Assembly: GCF_044704955.1 (NCBI RefSeq)
Contig: NC_091999.1
Location: 11,470,001 to 11,534,000, forward strand
Reading direction: 5' to 3'
DNA length: 64,000 bases
From: Pristiophorus japonicus
Lineage: Eukaryota
The stretch's first letter is position 1, and the number at the start of each line of letters is the position of its first letter. The position numbers and the translations under genes are program-made. Of this stretch, positions 51,121-63,720 are shown piece by piece. Below the pieces are notes generated by a model that searched no databases, had not been told where the DNA came from, and worked only from the letters and a program-made list of their open reading frames with translations.

Positions 51121-53094
51121 TCATTATCATTTATTAATAGGAAACAATTAACCAATCTCAACAACAACTTTCATATATATAGCACTTTTAAAGCACTCAA
51201 CTGTCTCAAAGTGCTTCACAGTAACGTTATCGGAAAACAATTTGTTGCCGAGCTACATAATGAGATACTGGGACAGGTGTTTATGGAGTGAATTCCAGAG
51301 CTTCAGCCTGGGCAGTTGAAGGCTAGACCGCGAAAGGTGGCGCGATTTAAAGCGGAAATGCACAAGATGCCACGAGAGCAGAGATATCTCAGAGGTTTGT
51401 CGGATAAGTAATATGAAGTTTGGTCAATTGCATCTTAAACCTTTCTCTGTGTTACTAATTCTAAGGATGTGGAATCCACTGGCAAGGCTGGAATGATTGC
51501 CCACCCCATGGTTGCCTCTTGAGAAGTTGGTGGTGCTGTGCCTTCATCACGAACCATTGCAGTTCTGCTCCGTTCAATGTTTTGGTGGGCTTGCAAAGCC
51601 ACTTCAAAAGACAGCTAAAGCACTTTGGGTATGGGATTGGAGTCACATATGGCTGGAACGGGTAAAGACTACAGGTTTCCTTCTCTGAAGTGATATTAGT
51701 GTACCAGTTGTGTGTGACAATGAGCCGCTAATTTCGTGGTCACTTTTACTGACAGCATACTCTTATTTATTTATTTGAAAATCTGAATTCAAATTCCAAA
51801 ACTATCCTGGTACAACTTGAAGTCTGGAAATCAAATTATTATTGCAGGCATCTAGATTAAATATCTTGTAACATAACGACAACACCGCTGCAACTCTTAT
51901 AAGATATAATGTTGCCTGCTGCAAACAAGCTAACTGGAAAAGTATCACACGCTCAAATAAGTCCCCCTCGCGCCCATATAGATATGTCCCTAACTTCTGT
52001 CACTCTCTTGATAGCATGTTTAATTTGATAACGTTTCCTTACTTACTCCACAAGCAATTATTTCCATCTTCCCCCCCAGTAAAGCCAGTTTACAATAAAC
52101 AAATCGATTAGATCGCTTAGCCTTGTTAGAGTCAATGGAAATCTCAAGTCTCCCACCCTAAATGTATTCATCATTCCTAGGGTGGACGTGTTCAATCCAA
52201 GATGTTGATTCTTGTACAAGTTAACGCTATTCCGATAGTGAGACGTGTTCCACTGCAGACATCACTCTTACAGGGAACGAAGCAGCCGAGCAGGTAGGGT
52301 ACGAGACCAGTGACTCACTGTTCAAAAGTTGAATTGCGCAGTGTCATGAAACTGAATTCAATTAAGGCTGATGAAGGGTCATCGACCTCTGTTTTCCTGC
52401 ACAGATGTTATCTCACCCGCTATGATTTCCAGCATTTTCTGCTTTTATTATTAAAGCTGATCATTTGGTAGCTGAAACGAGGAAATAAAGATGAAAGCTT
52501 ACGGATTATTGTTAAAAACCAAATTGGTTGAATAATGTCCATTACTGTATGGAATCAATACCACACTTAATCTGCTTGACTCCGAAAACCATCAGGGCAC
52601 CTTGGGATGCGAAAATAAAACCTTGCTTTAGTCACTCACATCCCAGGAATAACGGAAATGTTGAGCCCTAGAGATTTAGGTGTCCGAGTACAGAAATCAC
52701 TAAAAGCTAGTGGACTGGACATGTACACAAATTAGTTAAAAGCATAATGTCATGATGGCCTTTATCTCTAGGGGGCTGTAATATAAAAGGGTAGGAGTTA
52801 TGTTAAACTGAGATACATTTCCACTGCAGGACCCCATTTAGAGTATTGCTTTTACTACCGGGCTCCGAATCTCAGGAAAATATATTGACCTCGGATAGTA
52901 TGCATAGAATAGGTTTGTATTCCTTTGAATGTAAACGATTATGCGGTGAAATAATTGAGGTGTTTAAGATGATGCAATGATTTGAAAGGGTGGCTAGAGT
53001 GATTAACGCGAGAAAATGTGTTGCAGTTATCATTAAGACATGATCTCCTGTAACATAAATAGGGGCAGATATAATTTAATATAAACAGACACAT

Positions 53095-53670
53095 TATCTT
53101 TTTTTGTTCATTCGGGGATGTGGGCGTCCCGGCATTTTTACCCATCGCTAATTGCCCTTGCGAAGGTAGCCATGATCCTCTTTTTTAAGGCGCTGCAGTC
53201 TTTGTGGTGAAGGTGCTCCCACAGTGCTGTTAGTGGGGCATGGGGGCGGTGTTCCAGGATTTTGATCCAGCGACTATGAAGGAACGGGGATATATTTCCA
53301 AGTCAGAATGCTGTGTAACTTGGATGGTAACTTGCAGGTGATGGTGCTCCCATGCGCCCGCCTCCTTTCTCCTTCTAGGGCGTAGAGGTCGCAGGTTTGG
53401 GAGGTGCTGCCGAAGAAGTCGTGGCGAGTTGCTGCAGTGCATCTGATAGTTGGTACACACTGCAGCAACAGTGCGTCAGTTGTGCAGGGAATGAATATTG
53501 AAATTGCTGGAGGGGGGTGCCAATCAAGCGGGCTGCTTTGTCCTGGATGGTGTCGAACTTCTTGAGTTTTTTTGGAGCTTCACTCATCCAGTCAAGTGGA
53601 GTGAATTCAATCACACTCATGACTTGTGCTTTGCAAATAGTGGAAACGCCTTACAGAGACTGAGGAAGGC
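53095..53670 (-). mobile_element. 3' end of the second CR1/L2-type LINE family (same as 490-2455)
   Basis: WMSEAPKKLKKFDTIQDKAARLIGTP followed by a 3' UTR. Confidence 0.8.
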
Positions 53671-54357
53671 CTCATGCAATAAAAATAGAGGCACGGTCGA
53701 GTTCAGTAATAACTGAGACGGGGCCTAGTTTAATATAAACAGAAGCATGGTCTAGTGCAGAAATAACTGAGACAGGGTCTGAAGTAAAATGAACAGAGGT
53801 CTCCTGACAGGCAAATACAAGATACGTTGATTGCATGAAAGTTTAAAGTTGAATCAGACAAAGGCCACAAGAGTGCGGTGTGAACCAACACTGCAGTAGA
53901 ATAATTTGGCAGATTTTATTTAAGAAAGTTACTGAATACTATTTATAAAATTAGGCTCACAATTAACGTGAGGATTTGCAATCAGACTGCAGCTCAGTGT
54001 CAGTGTGATCTGGTATCAGTAAGAAACACTGAGTGTGGATAGCCCTGTGAGAGCACAGAAACAGTGTAAGCTGGTGACAGTGAGAAAGTGAGAAACACTC
54101 AGTGTGGCCCGGTGTGAGCTCATAGAATCATAGAATAATAAAAATTTACAGCACGGAAGGAGGCCATCATTTCAGTGCTGGCAAATAACGAGCTATCCAG
54201 CTTAATCCTACTTTCCAGATGTTGGTCAATATACTTGTAGGATAAGGCATTTCAAGTGCATATCCAATTAGTTTTAAATGCAATGAGAGATTCTGCCTCT
54301 TCCACCCTTTTCAGAGAGTGAGTTCCAGACCCCCACCGCCTTCTGTGTGAAATATTT

Positions 54358-54705
54358 CGCATGCCAGACACGAGACTTCCAAAGCAAATGCTCTAAGTGG
54401 AACTCCTTCACGGCAAACGAGCCAAAGGTGAACAGCGGAAATGCTACAAGGAGACCTTCAAAGCCTCCCTGATAAAGTGCAATATGCCCACTGACACCTG
54501 GGGGTCCCTGACCCATGACGGCCCTATGTGGAGGAAGAGAATGCGGGAAGGCGCTGAGCACCGCAAGTCTCAACGCCGAGAGCATGCAGAAATCAAGCGC
54601 AGGCAGCAGAAAGAGTGTGTAGCAAAACAGTCCCACACACCCCTTCCCTTAACGACTATCTGTCCCATCTGTGTCAGGGCTCTGGTTCCTGTATTGTCCT
54701 GTTCA
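54358..54705 (+). mobile_element. RTE-clade LINE 3' fragment
   Basis: MPDTRLPKQ...HGKRAKGEQRKCYKETFKASL...CPIC. Confidence 0.8.
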
Positions 54706-55759
54706 GCCACCAGAAGGTGGTTCACGATCACATTTTCAAGGGCAATTGGGGATGCGAAATAAATGCTGGTCTTATCAGCGACAACCACTACCAAAGAATG
54801 AATATAAAAAAATCCATAGAAACAAATTGCCCACTCATGGCTACAGTCAAAGAGGCCAGGCACATCCCAGACTCCAATAGAGCAGCCCTGAGATGGCACT
54901 CCAACATTTGGAATTCAATTACTGAACGACTACAGCAACTTGAAGGACATTACCTAAACAATATACGACCTCGAGATCGGACTGGCGTTGAAAGGAACAA
55001 TACCATTGGTGGGAGAACACAGCCTCCAATATTCAGAAGTTAATTAATGTGATGAGAATTGTCCTGCTTTGGCGGTTTAGAATTTCCATCTTAGGACTAA
55101 ATATAGTCTGTCACAACAGGGACTTAACTCGGTGTGGAAATTCATTTTGTTTAAATATTTTTTATAAAATATTTTGAAAAATGTTGCAAACTCAATGGCC
55201 CCATATGCTCTGTGAATGCTTCGTCTCAGGGTTTAATTTGGAGAGTTTGCCTGCGGCACGAAGGGACCAATCGCTTCAGATAGAAAATGCTTCAATCATT
55301 TTACAGTATTAGCAATATATACTACTTGATTCTTGTCACAGTCGGTATTCCGGGTATTGTCTATAATAATCTTCGTTGTGTATATGTGTTTGTGCGCTGG
55401 TGTCTGTTACTACTCTGTGACTGAAAAAGATACATCCTGATCTTGTCGGCTCCGTTATACAAACACTCGCTCAGTGATGTCATTTCCTGTAGTTAAATAT
55501 CCTGAATTATCTCTGCGCTTTCATTCCATTACATCCAATGAAAATAAACCACTGCTTGTAGCTCTCTGCTCGCAGAATTTCCAAGTTATAGCCTTTCGTG
55601 GAAGACCGTGAACTCTTACATCACACTCCAAGAAAATTCTCTGAGGGAGGTATTAGTGGGATTAATGTCACTGTATCATTGTATTCAGTGCGGGTAACAA
55701 ACCGGAGTGGCATACCCGACCAGAGTAGTCATGTATTACTGGGAGAATCACTCTTACCT

Positions 55760-58700
55760 ATCACATTTGCTGATGATACAAAGATAGGTGGGAAGCAAGA
55801 TGTGAGGAGGACCCAGATAGTTTGTAACTGGATATAGATAGGTTAAAGGTGTTGGTAAAAAATTGGCAGATGGATTATAAGGAGGAAAAATGTGACGTTA
55901 TCCACTTTGGTAGGAAGAATAGAAAAACAAAATATTATTTAAATGAAGCAAGAGAGACTACAGAATTTTCTGGTACGGAAAGATAGAGAAATATAGAAAC
56001 ATAGAACATAGGTGCAGGAGTCGGCCATGCACCACCATTGAATATGATCATGGCTGCTCAAGCAACTTCAGTACTCATTTCCTGCTTTCTCTCCATACCC
56101 CTTGATCCCTTCAGCCGCAAGGGGCTCATCTAACTCGCTTTTGAATATATGTAACAAACTGGCTTCAACAATTTTCTGTGGTAGAGAATGCCACATGTTC
56201 ACAATTCTCTGAGTGAAGAAGTTTCTCCTCATTTCGGTCCGAAATGGTTTACGCATTATTCTTAGACTGTTACCTCTGGTTCTGGACTTCCCCAACATCG
56301 GGAAAATTCTTCCTGCATCGAACCTGCCCAATCCCGTCAGAATTTTACATGTTTCAATGATATCCCCTCTCACTCCTCTAAACTAGTGAATATAAGCCTA
56401 GTCGATTCAGTCTTTCTTCGTGTGTCAGTCCTGCAATGTCAGGAATCAGTCTGGTGAACCTTCGCTGCACTCCCTCAATAGCAAGAACGTCCTTCCTCAG
56501 ATTAGGAGACCAACACTGTGAACAATATTCAAGGTGTGGCCTCACCAAGGCGCTGTACAACTGCAGTAAAAGTTCCCTGTTCCTATACTCAAATCCTCTC
56601 GCTATGAAAGTCAACATGCCATTTGCCTTCTTCACTGCCTGCTCTACCTGCATGCCAACTTTCAGGTCTAGTTGCAACTCCCCTTTTCCGAATCTGTCAC
56701 CATTCAGATAATATTCTGCCTTCCTGTTTTTGCCACCAAACTGGATAACCTCACATGTATCTACATTATACTGCATCTGCCATGCATTTGCCCACTCACC
56801 TAACTTGTCCACTTCACACTGCAGCCGCTTCGTATCCTCCTCACAGCTCACACTGTCACCCAGCTTAGTGTCATCAGCAAACTTGGAGATATTACATAAA
56901 ATTCCTTCGTCCAATTCATTAATGTATATTGTAAATAGCTGGGGTCCGAGCACTGAATCTTGCATTACCCCACTAGTCACTGCCTTCCATTCAGAAAAGG
57001 ACCCGTTTATTCCCACGCTTTGCTTCCTCTCTGCCAACCAGTTCGCTATCCACGTCAATACATTAACCCCAATATCATGTGTTTTAATTTTGCATACAAA
57101 TCTCTTGTGTGGGACCTTGTCAAAATACCTTTTGAAAGTCCAAATACACCACTACCACTGATTCTCCATTGTCCACTCGATTAGTTACATCCTCAAAAAA
57201 TGCTAGAGCATTTATCGAGCATGATTTCCCTTTCATAAATCCATGCTGACTTGGATCGATCCTGTCACTGCTTTCCAAATACGCTGCTATTATATCATTA
57301 GTATTTGATTTCAACATTTTCCTCACTACCGATGTCAGGCTAACCAGTCTATAATTCCCTGTTTTCTCTCTCCCTCATTTCTTAAAAAGTGGGTTAACAT
57401 TAGTTACCCTCCAATCCATAGTACTGATCCAGAGTCTATAGAATGTTGGAAAATGAGCACCAATGCCTCCACTATTTCTAGAGCCACTACCTTAGTAATC
57501 TGGGCTGTGGACTCTCGGGCTCTGTGGATTTATTGGCCTTCAATCCCATCAATTTCCCTAACACAATTTCCTGACAAATAAGAATTTCCTCCAGTTCCTC
57601 CTTCTCACTAGACCCTAGGTCCCCCAGTAAAACTGGAAGGTTATTTGTGTATTCCTTCGTGAAAACAGAACCAAATTATTTGTTCAATTGGTCTGCCATT
57701 TACTTGTTCCCCATTATCAATTCACCTGATTCTGACTGCAAGGGCCAACATTTGTCTTCACTAATCTTTTTCTCTTCACACATCCATAGAAGCTTTTGCA
57801 GTCAGATTTTATGTTCCCTGCAAGCTTACTCTCATACTCTATTCTCCCCCTCGTAATGAAACCTTTGTCTTCTGCTGCTGAATTCTAAATTTCTCCCTGT
57901 CCTCAGGTGTGCTGCTTTTTCTAGCCTAGTTTTATGCCTCTTCCTTGGATTCAACACTGTTCCTGATTTCCCTTGTTAGCCATGGTTGAGCCACCTTCAC
58001 CGTTTTATTTTGACGCCAGACAGGGATGTACAATTTTTAAAGTTCATCCATGTGATCTTTAAATGTTTTTCATTGCCTATCCACCGTTAGCACTTTAAGT
58101 ATTATTCGCCACTCTATCCTAGCCAATTCACGTCTCATTCCATCGAAGGTGCCTTTCGTTAAGTTCAGACCCCTAGTCTCTGAATTAACTGTGTCATTCT
58201 CCACCTTAATGAAGAATTTTACCATATTAAGGTCACGCTTACCCAAGGGGCCTCGCACAACAAGATTGCTAATTAATCCTCTCTCATTACACAAAACTCG
58301 GATGGCCAGCACTCTGTGGGTTTCCTCATACACGAAGCACAAAACGTTAGCATGCAGGCGCAGCAAATAATTTGGAAGGCAAATGGAATGTTGGCCTTTA
58401 TTTCAAGGGGAATGGAGTATAAACATCGGAAGTCTTGCTGCAACTATACAGGGCGTTGGTGAGACTACAACTAGCGTATGCCTACAGTTTTTGTCTCCTC
58501 ATTTAAGGAGGGATATACTTGCATTTGAGGCAGTTCAGAGAATGTACACTAGTTTCATTCCTGAGATGAGTCAGTTGTCTTATGTGGGAAGAATGAGCAG
58601 GGTGCGCCTCTATTCATTGGAATTTAGACGAATGAAATCTGACCTTATTGAAGCATATAAGATTCTGAGGGAGCTTGACAGTGTGGATTCTGAAAGGATG

Positions 58701-58990
58701 TTTCACCTAGTAGATTAATCTATAACAAGGTGCATAGTTTCAGAATAAGGGGTCGCCCATTTAAGACGGAGATGAGGAACAATATCTTCTCTCAGAAGGT
58801 CGTGAATCTTTTGACATCTCTAGCCCGGAGAGACAGTCAGATTTTTGAACAGCAGGGGAGTCAAGGTTTATGGGGAACAGGCAGGAAAGTGAAGTTGATA
58901 CCACGATCACATAAGCCATGATCTTATTAAAGAGCGGAGCAGGCTCGAGGGGCCAAATGGCCTAATGCTCCTCCTATTTCTTATGTTCTT
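55760..58990. mobile_element. Nested CR1 LINEs: a + strand element (55760-55980, resuming ~58310-58990) interrupted by a - strand CR1 (55985-58310)
   Basis: FADDTKIGG on +; on -, GKRDLNM, GFMKGKSC, FADDTKL and RPHLEYC; the + strand resumes with C-terminal RT sequence and a tail. Confidence 0.88.
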
Positions 58991-59404
58991 TGTGCTCAAG
59001 TATATGAAGGTAAGTTTCCCATTGCAATCCTTTCCAATATATTGATATTTACCACAGATATATTCAAAATAACTTAGCAGTTAACCATAGGAACACAGAC
59101 GATTTTACTTTAAATGCTGCATTTTAAAATGTCATTTTGTAATCCTTTAGTTAATTAAACTGAACAATGTTCTCAATCAGTAGCCCATCCCGACATTCAA
59201 ACCATCAATGAACCAATTTCCTACAGCCCTCTGACGATGAGTTCATGTAAACGTTTTCAAAGCATGTTGAGAAAAAGCGCGAGGATCAGGATAATGTTGA
59301 TCGCTTAAAGCCAGATGCGGGTGATACTGTAATTCAAATAAGAAAGTGACAGAATTACGGAATAATTATTTAGTGCATGTCTTCACATCTGCCCATCATT
59401 ATAT

Positions 59405-61215
59405 CATAGAAACATAGAAACATAGAACATATGTGCTGAAGTAGTCTATTCAGCGCTTTAGCCTGCACCATCATTCAATAAGATCATGGCTGATCATTCA
59501 CTCAATATCCCTTTCCTGCTTTCTCTCCATGCCCCTTGATCCCTTGAGCCATAAGGGCCATATCTAACTTCCTCTTGAATATATCCAATGAACTGACATC
59601 AACAACTCTCTGCGGTAGAGAATTCCACAGTCTCACAACTCACTGAGTGAAGAAGTTTCGCCTCATCTCAGTCCTAAATGGCCTACCCCTTATCCTAAGA
59701 CTGTGTCCCCTGAATCTGGACTTCCCCATCATCGGGAATATTCATCCTGCATCTAACCTGTCAAGTCCCGTCAGAATCGTGTAAGATTCTATGAGATCCC
59801 CTCTAATCCTTCTAAACTCCAGAGTATTAAGTCCCAGTTGATCCAGTCTCTCCTCATATGACAGTCCCGCCATCCCGGGAATCAGTCTGGTGAACCTTCG
59901 CTGCACTCCCTCAATAGCACGAACGTCCTTCCTCAAATTAGGAGATCAAAACTAAACCCAATATTCACCAAGGCCCTGTACAACTGCAGTAAGACCTCCT
60001 ACTATTATATTCAAATCCCCTAGCTATGAAGGTCAACATATCATTTACCTTCTTCATTGCCTTCTGTGCCTGCATACCAATTTTCATTCACTCATGAACC
60101 ATGACGCCAGGTTACATTGCACCTCCCCCTATCCTAATCTGCCGCCATTCAGGTAATATTCTGCCTTCGTGTTTTTGCCCCCAAAGTGGATAACCTCACA
60201 TTTATCCACATTATACTGCATGTGCCATGCATTTGCCCACTCACCTAACCTGTCCAAGTCACCCTGCAGCCTTTTAGCGTCCTGTTCACAGCTCACACCA
60301 ACACTCAGTTTAGTGTCATTTGCAAAGTTGGAGATATTACTCTCAATTCCTTCTACAAATCATTAATGTATATTGTAAAGTGCTGGGTTCCCAGCACTGA
60401 GCACTGTGGCACTCCACTAGTCACAGCCTGCCATTCTGAAAACTACCTATTTATCCCGACACTCTGCTTCCTGTCTGCCAACCAGTTCTCTATCCTTGTC
60501 AGTACATTATCCCCAATACCATGTGCTTTGCTTTTGCACACCAATCTCTTGTGTGGGACATTGTCAAAAACCTTTTGAAAGTCCAACTATACCACATCCA
60601 CTTGTTCTCCCTTGTCCACTCTACTAGTTACATCCTCAGAAAATTCCAGAAGATTTGTCAAGCATGATTTCCCATTCATAAATTCATTCTGACTTGCACC
60701 GATGCTGCCACTGCTTTCCAAATACGGCGCTATTTCATCTTTAATAGTTGATTCCTACATTTTCCCCAATACTGAGGTCAGGCTAACCGATCTGTAATTA
60801 TTCGCTTTCTCTCTCCCTCCTTTTTTAAACAGTGGTGTTACATTAGCTACTCTCAGTCCACAGGAACTGATTCAGAGTCGATAGACTGCTGGAAACTGAT
60901 CATCAATCCATCCACTATTTCTATGGCCACTTCCTTAAGTACTCTGGATGCAGACTATCAAGCCCCGTGGATTTATCGGCGTTCAATCCCATCAATTTCC
61001 CTAATACAACTTCCCGCTTTATAAGGATATCTTTCAGTTCCTCCTTCTCACTAGACCCTCGGTCCCCTAGTATTCCTGGAAGGTTATTTATGTCTTCCTT
61101 TGTGAAAACAGATCCAAAGTATTTCTTTAACTGGTCCGCCATTTCTTTGTTCCCCATTATAAATTCACCTGAATCTGACTGCAAGGGACTACGTTTGTTT
61201 TCACTAATCTTAACT
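59405..61215 (-). mobile_element. 5'-truncated CR1 LINE
   Basis: IMGNKEMADQL.KYFGSVFT and IEGVQRRFTRLIPG; (gaaacata)n tail. Confidence 0.92.
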
Positions 61216-61270
61216 AATGTTCACTAATCATCCTCCAGCAGGTGATGCCTTTGATGTACAAAGCAGCCAG

Positions 61271-61584
61271 AGTTTATGTAGCAGGGTTTACCTGATATCA
61301 AACATCTGAGTCTCAGCGCAACGAGATGGTTAAACTGCAGAATTTATTGGATATCGTGAGCTCTGTAGAAAATCGCGTTTTCGCAAAATCTGCTTTATCT
61401 TCAGAACCACTTGCATCATTCATCAGAATCAACTCTGGTGGTGCTTCAGGATGTTGCCGCTACCAATATAAGTGATAGCCACCACTCCAGGTAGTATTAT
61501 AGGTGTACGTTAAAATCACTGTTTATTCTTCTATCTTAACTCCAGAGGAGAACGGCGAAATGACAGAATCTCCACGACTCAGAT
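61271..61584 (-). pseudogene. TRAV/DV pseudogene (18.5 kb family) with stops and an FR3 deletion
   Basis: GDSVISPFSSGVKIEE*TVILTY...LYW*RQHP...EDKADFA..RFSTEL...SLTIS, then DxAxYYC deleted, ALR; RSS TCAGATG-23-ACATAAACT. Confidence 0.9.
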
Positions 61585-63056
61585 CTGCAAACATGTTCAA
61601 ACTTGAAAAGATCAGACTGCCGGGATAATAAATTCAGATTTAATGCATGATGGAACTGAATGTATAGACAAAATGTGAGTTACTCACCATCATCGTCTTC
61701 ACCTTCATTTTACGAATGCTAACATTTGCGTTACAATAGCCAGGGGGAGTAGATTTTTCTTGGGAAGGAAATAGTTAATGAGGAGTGATAGATCTGCATG
61801 ATGCTCCCTAAATCTGTAACTGTCCCGTCCTGTAAATCCTCTGTCGGATCAGAAATACAGATCCCCGCCCAACTGCACTGCTGAACCAACCAATAGCAAA
61901 CATGGAACAGCGTCAGCAATCTCTCCAATTACAAAGGGCAGGCAATGCGGGTCACTGCAACTGCAGCAAGTGGAAGCTGTGGGCTGTGCAGACGCGTTCA
62001 GTGTTGTCACACACAGGATGCATTTGTGAGGGATTGGCGCGCTGTCCTCACTTTCTCTCACAATGATCCTTTCCTTCTTTGAAATAATCCATCCCAAGGA
62101 GACAGACCTGCTGCTCACGGATGTGACAGAGTTTTAAGCAGCATCATATCCCAGTGCCTGACTGCAATGACATCTGGAAGAGTATCGGAAAGTTCATGTG
62201 TTAAAACATATATGCAATAATACATAAAATTGAACTGTTCGATGTAGAACAGGGCAGCAAGGGTTCAAAGTATGAGGTAATTATAGGACAGTATCTTCTT
62301 CCCACTGGGTTGGTGAAGAATGTGTGGAATAAGTTGACGGATAGAGTGGTGGCAGAGCATTTCCTGGTACCGTATGAGGAAAATTTTGAGGCCACAGTGG
62401 GGCTGGGAGTTAGTATGTCTCTGGATGAAAGATACAGGATGGTCCAAATGGCCTCCTTCGTTCTGAATTATCATGTAAGCTGGAACAAGGAAGGCGATCA
62501 GCTTATAGTTACAAGTAGTGACCAGAACGTTTATTGGGAAGTTGTGTTCAGTCTGTTGTTTTCAGTGTCGGGCCTGTTACAGACAAAAAACATTTTTCAA
62601 TAACTTCATTGAACAAAAGGGGTTAATGAAATAGATTCGGTAATAGAGACGTTTCTTTGAAATTGATATCTGTTTTTTTATAGATAATTATCATTTTATG
62701 TTGCGGTTATTCAGTGTTATTTTACTGTTCATATGCTGTCAGGATGAGAATGAAAATTTCGCACTCGACCATTCTGGGGAAGGATGTAGGATCAAACTAT
62801 AAAAGGAGATTTTATGGCTGGTGTCACGAAATACATCTTCACAGACACAAAGTGATCAATGTGTGTAATATGTTTCAGTTACATTGGAGAGTAAAATACA
62901 CTGGAATATTTGGATGCTCGAATGGAAGGCGAGAACTAGGAACTCTCTTGATGGTGTGGCCGACCTGAGCAGGAGCAAGTAGAAAACCATAATGCATTAA
63001 CTCGTGAAAGTATCTGGAATGGGCATCAATAATTGCACCTCGCAAATACGAGTATG

Positions 63057-63074
63057 CACTGCTAGAGGGCGGTT
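63057..63074 (+). promoter_or_regulatory. CTCF-like motif ~280 bp upstream of a V ATG
   Basis: CACTGCTAGAGGGCGGTT; paralog of 47014. Confidence 0.55.
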
Positions 63075-63346
63075 TGAGGCAGTGAGAAAAACTGAGTGTG
63101 GGCGGCCCGGGGTGAGCTCAGACACAGTGCGAGCTGATGTGAATGATAAACACTGAGCGTCGGCGGCCCGGGGTAGATAAAAACTGAGATATGTTTCGTT
63201 TCGATAGTTCAAGAGGACAAGCCTCTGAATTGGACATGAGCGGGTCTTTGTATACTTGCTAACTCTCCTGAATACCTTATCCATACCCAGTTTCGAACAC
63301 GACCTCTGTGTACAATTTGACAGCCTCTTGTTCACTTTATCTGATA

Positions 63347-63681
63347 ATGCTCCGGATTTACAGAGTTGCCCTGCTGATTTACACTCTGCTCTGCATGGAT
63401 GTGAATGGCGAAGATGAGTTGCTGCAACACCCTTGGCGGATGGTTGTAAGTGAAGAGGGAACTGTATCCATCAACTGCTCTGCTATCAGTGTTTTTAACA
63501 TGCTGCGCTGGTACAGACAGCACCCAAATCAAACCCTTGAGCATCTGGTGATGGCCACAAGCGGGGCCGAGCAACACGGAAGGATCACTGCTTCAGTCGG
63601 GCAAGGCTATAAACTCAGTACACTAACTGTAAGAGATGCACAAGTGACAGACACCGCCACCTATCTCTGCACCGTGAAGCC
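63347..63681 (+). CDS. TRAV: Apparently functional TRAV segment with leader and V in a single exon
   Basis: Continuous MLRIYRVALLIYTLLCMDVNG-EDELLQHP...INCS...LRWYRQ...GRITAS...DTATYLCTVKP; C23, W41 and C104 intact. Confidence 0.92.
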
Positions 63682-63720
63682 CACAGTGTAACAAACAGAT
63701 GGAGAGTCTGCACATAAACC
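63682..63720 (+). other. Near-consensus 23-RSS
   Basis: CACAGTG-TAACAAACAGATGGAGAGTCTGC(23)-ACATAAACC. Confidence 0.95.

Noticed and set aside
55490-55750. Possible Ig/TCR constant-like exon after a cctgtag acceptor
   Set aside because: Lacks correctly spaced Cys/Trp residues and contains stops; the similarity is too weak to support
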